A DNA stretch of 64,000 nucleotides from Mobula hypostoma. Its lineage: Eukaryota. Below the pieces are notes generated by a model that saw only the letters and a list, made by a program, of their open reading frames with translations, did not search any database and was not told the origin of the DNA. Location of the stretch: positions 15,934,001 to 15,998,000 of the forward strand of contig NC_086101.1 of NCBI RefSeq assembly GCF_963921235.1, in the 5' to 3' direction. The translations under genes and the position numbers were made by a program. Numbering within the stretch: position 1 is the first letter of the stretch; each line of letters begins with the position of its first letter. Positions 59,168 to 64,000 of the stretch are shown in pieces.

Positions 59168-60862
59168 CCTCCCCCCAAGAAAAGAAACTTTTGATCTATC
59201 CGGAGCAAATTTTAACTACAATTTACAAAATATACAATTGTATAAAATTTACAAAATGCCCAATACACATACAGTTATCATAGAGCACCCTACAAATTAA
59301 TATAACATATGGCAGGAGTGTTTACAAATATCAAAATTCAACTCCATTAATGAAAAAAACATTATTTTTCAAGTTCATCATCTGGACAGACAGTCGGCAA
59401 TTACATTATCTTTGCCTTTAGTGCGAGTTATTAAGAGATCATATTCCTGTAAAATTAAACTCCTATTCAGCAAATTTCTATTTTGTTTTTCAGTTTACTC
59501 AAATATACCAATGTGTTATGATCGGTGTAAACCACAAATGGTTTCTGAGTTGCGCCAACATAAACAACAAATGTTGCAGAGCCAAAATAAGGGATAATAA
59601 TTCCTTTTCTATGGTTGAATACTTTCTTTGATGTCCATTAAATTTCTGGAAAAGTAAGGCACAAAATGGTCAACATCATCATAAGTATCCCTTTGCAGTA
59701 ATATTGCTACTGCAACCTCGTCACTGGCATCCACAGCTCGGGAAAATGGCTTGGCAAAATCATGTGACCTGAGCACAGGTTGGTGACATAAGATAGCTTT
59801 CAATTTATCAAATGCCTCCTGACAAGGTTCTGTGAAAACAAACTTTTCACCCTTCTTCAGGAGGTCAGTCAATGGGAGAACAATATCAGCAAATTCTTAT
59901 GGAACTTACAGTAATATCCTACCATTCCCGAGAATCTTCTGAGAGCCTTTTTAACCGTTGGAGTGGGAACCTCTAAAATTGCCTGAACAGGAGCCAGCCT
60001 GCCTTGACTCACAACGTAACCAAGATAGGTCACAGTGGCATGGCCAAATTCAGTTTTTGCTAAGTTAATGGCGAGGTTAGCTTTTGAGAGCCTTTCAAAT
60101 AGCTTTTCCACTGCAGAGATATATGCTTCCCAAGTGTGATTCCCTATTACTAAATCATCAATATAGGCATCTGTGTGTTTTAACCCTTGAATTACAGAAT
60201 TAATCATTCTCTGGAAGGTTCCTGGAGCATTCTTCATTCCAAATGGCAAAACATTGTATTCATATAACTCAGATAGCATTACAAATGCAGAAATTTCTCT
60301 ACATTTATCCGTCAATGGAGCACACCAACACCCTTTTAACAGATCAATCTTTGTAAGAAACTTAGCTTTTCCAACCTTGTCCACACAATCATCTACCCTA
60401 GGGATTAGATAAGCATCTGTTTTTGTTACAGCATTCACCTTTCTGCAAGCAGTACAAAACCGAATACTACTATCTGGTTTAGGCACCATGACACAAGTTG
60501 AACTCCAATCCCAATCAGAAGATCTAATAATATCATTTTCTAACATATACTTAATTTCTTGTTCGGCAAGTGAATATTTTTCCACGATCATTCGATTTGG
60601 ATGTTGCTTTACGGGTTTGGCGTTTCCAGCATCTACAAGGAAATGATATGATTTGGCGACATGAGTCAGCAGCACCTTTCCTCATTCCCTGTCATGCACT
60701 ATTGAGCTTGAATGCACGCGAGGTCATTACCCGCGCGTCATTCATGTCAGCGCAGGAAGGAGATCAACTCCTCGAGCTTGCAAATGACAGCGGGCTGAAA
60801 AGTATGTTTGACATAACATCTCTGCCGGCATTCTGGATCAAAGTCAAGGCTAAATATCCTGA

Positions 60863-61061
60863 CAACATACATCAAAGTTGCTGGTGAACGCAGCAGGCCA
60901 AGCAGCATCTATAGGAAGAAATCAGGGTCCTGACGAAGGGTCTCGGCCTGAAACGTCGACTGCGCTTCTTCCTATAGATGCTGCTTGGCCTGCTGCGTTC
61001 ACCAGCAACTTTGATGTAGGTTGCTTGAATTTCCAGCATCTGCAGAATTCCTGTTGTTTGC
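60863..61061 (+). mobile_element. Penelope-derived fold-back mini-element with a 15-bp TSD
   Basis: TSD ggctaaatatcctga (60848-60862 and 61062-61076); perfect ~51-bp arms 60869-60919 and 60967-61017. Confidence 0.88.
60927..60962 (+). ncRNA. Minimal hammerhead ribozyme motif with intact core
   Basis: GTC-CTGACGA-AGG-GTCTCGG-CCT-GAAAC-GTC-GAC: intact core, 3-bp helix II, palindromic ACGT helix III, GUC cleavage triplet, short helix I. Confidence 0.65.
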
Positions 61062-62394
61062 GGCTAAATATCCTGAGATAGCCACGAAAGCACTGAAAAC
61101 GTTGCTTCCATTTCCAACATCATATGGCTGCGAAGCAGAGTTTTCCGCAATGAATGCAACGAAAACTAAATTACGGAATAGACTGGACATAAGAAACCCC
61201 CTTCGAGTATCACTGTCTCCTATTACCCCTCGATAGGACCGTCTTGTTGCAGGAAAACAAGCCCAGGGCTCCCACTGATTCAGCGATATTGGTGTGTTGC
61301 AATGATTTTATATGTTCATATGGGGAAAATATGTGCTGTGTGTTTAATATCCAAACGTTACTTAAAATGTTATGATGCTATTGACATAAGTGATTTATAT
61401 AACTATATAACAATTACAGCACAGAAACAGGGCATCTCTGCCCTTCTAGTCCATGGCAAACTCTTACTCTTACCTAGTCCTACCGACCTGCACTCAGCCC
61501 ATAACCCTCCATTCCTCTCCTGTCCATATACCTATCCAATTTTTCTTTAAATGATAATATCGAACCTGCGTCAACCCCCTCCTACTGGAAGTTCGTTCAA
61601 CACTTACTTCAAGCTACCCTATCCTCCCCTGATAATTGACTTATCACTATATTCAAGCGAGGAAAATATGCGCTGTGTGTTTAATATTAAATTCGTTATA
61701 TAAACCCTTTTAGAAACAAAATTGACCTATATTCCGGCCGTGATTAACCCCCTCCCCACCCGCACAGAATCGCCAAAAACGAATCGTAGGGGAAAAAAAA
61801 TCGTCGCGTACACGCATGCGCACTGGTGCCCGCGCAAGGCTTCATGGTCATTGTAGTCTCTTGGGGTAAACACAACGTATTTGACTGCTACTCTTGTCCA
61901 TTGGCAATCCCCCCCCCCCCGCCCCACAGGATCAGCCGGTCCGCAAGAATATTGTCAATAATAAACCGGTCCGCAGTGCAAAATAGGTTGGGGACCCCTG
62001 ATCTACATCTTGTGAGGCTACTGTGGTTCTTTTTGGAACTTCTGGAAATAAATTTTTAAATTTCATTTGCTGCCACTGCTGTGGCTGTAGATGAGCCAAT
62101 TCGTCATCAATATTTTGCAAAATTGTCGAATTTGTTAGTCTGGAAGAAATAATGTTCCGTTTAAAATAAGCCTCAGATGGATCAACTACCAAGTTCCCAG
62201 GGAGGGCGGACTCATTGTTATTGACAACAACAGTCATAGCGGCGGACTGTTTTTCATAATATGGTTTTATCATGTTTACATGACAAAGCTGCGTTGACCT
62301 TTGTCGATCTGGTGTTTTTACCACATCGTCCACATTATTAACTTTAGATATATATCTCCTAAGCACCATGAAATTTAGCTTGCAAAGGGTTCGT

Positions 62395-64000
62395 TTGCTG
62401 TTCCGGTGACGTCATAGTTCAGAATGGCACCTTAAATCAATATATCCTCCGGAAAAACCCATGTATTGCCCCGTTAATCCATCAAATTATAAGATCTTTC
62501 GAAAATATCTGAATTGATAAGGGGGGCAAGAATAGGGAAAAAGAATGGAGATTTTAAAAAAAAGCATCACTGCGGGGCCTATGGACGAGAGAGTTGCAAC
62601 ACGCTGCTCTCCTAACCGAACGCGTGCTAGCGAGGCTGACGATAGGCCTCATTCAGGCGAAGCGGCAAATATGATAAAAATTTTGGAAGAGATACGGGAA
62701 TTCCAAAAAGATATAAAACAGCAACTCAATGATATCAAGTCAGAGCTCGCCAACGTCAATCAAAAAATAGCGGTGGCAGATACTCGAATTGAGAAGGTGG
62801 AAGATCTCATGCAAAACGTAGAACCGGTACTCATAGACGATAAAAATATAAAATCAACAAGGAAGTAAACTGATTGACCAGGAGGGAAGACCACGACGGA
62901 AAAATATCAGGATATACAATGTTCCTGAAGGAGCGGAGGGTTTGTCTATGATGGAGTTTGTAGGAAAGTTGCAGTGGGACGCGCTAGAGATTCCCTCCTC
63001 TATGGAGCTTGAAATTGCGAGGGCTCATCGTGTGCTGATCCCGAGGCCTACTGGAGACAGAGAAGATAAGCTTCGCTCAATAGTAATTAGATTCATTCGA
63101 CACTATACCAAGGCAGAGATTCTACGATTGGCCTGGTGTAAGAAGAGGGTGTTTTTGGACAGGAAATTAATATATTTCGATCAAGATTAACCCCCAGCGG
63201 TCTGCAGAAACGTAAAGAACGCTCTGCAGTAAGACGAATATTAAAGCAAGGAAAGATTAGATTCCAAAATCCGTACCCTGCTAAACTGCGGGTGTTTTAT
63301 GAAAATGATATGCAACTGTATCAGACAGTGGAAGAGGCGACGACAGACATGAGGAACAGAGGGCTGCCCATCAGCATGATCAAACCAAGGGAAAACCTGG
63401 CTGAGCAGTTATCCCGATCTGCTTGGGAAATAGTAAGAGAACCGAGAAAGCAGGGGACGGGAGCAGGGCGAGAGAATATCAGAAAGAGACTGAGTTTTCC
63501 GAAGACAGCCTTCACCCCCTCCAGAAGAGCCATAAGGTTTGGCTAACTTTAAAAGTGATGATGAGATAAACGGAAGCAAAAATAGACGGTGCTATACCTA
63601 TTTCAAGAAATACTTATTATAATGTGGATTTTATATTACTTAATTTTTTTTATTCATTCATTCACTCCTTTTTCCCCACCTAAATGAGAATATATCTATG
63701 TGGGAGGAATACACAGGGAGTCTTTTCTGTGTAATGGACATAGACTTGTTCACTTACTTTTATGAGTACTGTAATGGGGGCCCTCAACTCACAGGGAGGA
63801 AGGGCTATCCCCCACGGCTAGACATTTCCTTTAGCTCAATCCAGGGTCATCTACTGGAGACCTCAGCCTTAGAATCACACCTTCGTTGCCTTTTTTATTA
63901 TTCACATTTATTGGTTCTTATTTGTTGAGGGAGTAGATCGATTAAGTTTTATTCTCCTAATTTCAATGATATATTGACAGATAAATACACATGGCTAAGG
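62395..64000 (+). mobile_element. L1/Tx1-like LINE 5' UTR and decayed ORF1
   Basis: Coiled-coil ILEEIREFQKDIKQQLNDIKSEL, then RKNIRIYNVPEG and EIARAHRV...RSIVIRF, characteristic of L1 ORF1p. Confidence 0.85.

Larger units (their letters stand above)
60639..62000 (+). mobile_element. hAT (Charlie/Buster-like) transposon remnant
   Basis: Dimerisation domain FWIKVKAKYPEIATKALKTLLPFPTSYGCEAEFSAMNATKTKLRNRL; right TIR ggttggggacccctg; flanks atctacaa / atctacat as the probable 8-bp TSD. Left TIR not seen. Confidence 0.85.
59168..62390 (-). mobile_element. Gypsy pol remnant in IN-RT-RNaseH order (Gmr1-like), interrupted by hAT
   Basis: In reading direction: integrase C-terminus VKTPDRQRSTQLCHVNMIKPY (about 62369-62250), RT (PFGMKNAPGTFQR, YIDD), RNase H (DASD...YTDHN...NVIADCLSR*), then UTR and PPT. 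Confidence 0.85.

Noticed and set aside
61932-62369. 145-aa ORF as a single protein
   Set aside because: Chimeric read-through from Gypsy pol into the hAT terminal repeat (QGSPTYF = caggggtccccaacc).

Overview
Repeat-rich vertebrate genomic DNA, most likely from a cartilaginous fish (shark or ray). That assignment is inferred from the CR1, Penelope, Rex-Babar and tRNA-SINE complement and from the receptor found. Most of the window is decayed mobile elements: CR1, Rex-Babar/L2-like and L1/Tx1-like LINEs, Penelope-like elements with hammerhead-ribozyme motifs, SINEs, a Gypsy LTR element with integrase before RT, a small non-autonomous LTR element, a solo LTR, a hAT remnant and several minisatellites. 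Threaded through the repeats on the minus strand is a spliced immune-receptor gene that the ORF track only partly shows. I assembled it by hand from GT-AG sites with compatible phases: leader 46433-46391, three germline-joined VJ-type Ig exons (44897-44559, 39123-38785, 30951-30622), transmembrane exon 29574-29461 and four small cytoplasmic exons (26833-26815, 26717-26680, 21502-21459, 21359-21294). These join into 1332 nt (444 codons) with no stop. The V domains resemble NKp30/NCR3, but the architecture is atypical: three V domains (two from an internal exon duplication, diverging mainly in CDR-equivalent loops), no charged TM residue, and a long tail whose single Tyr sits at an exon edge. 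The last exon is unresolved. Repeat boundaries are approximate; exon boundaries were read base by base. No database searches were run.
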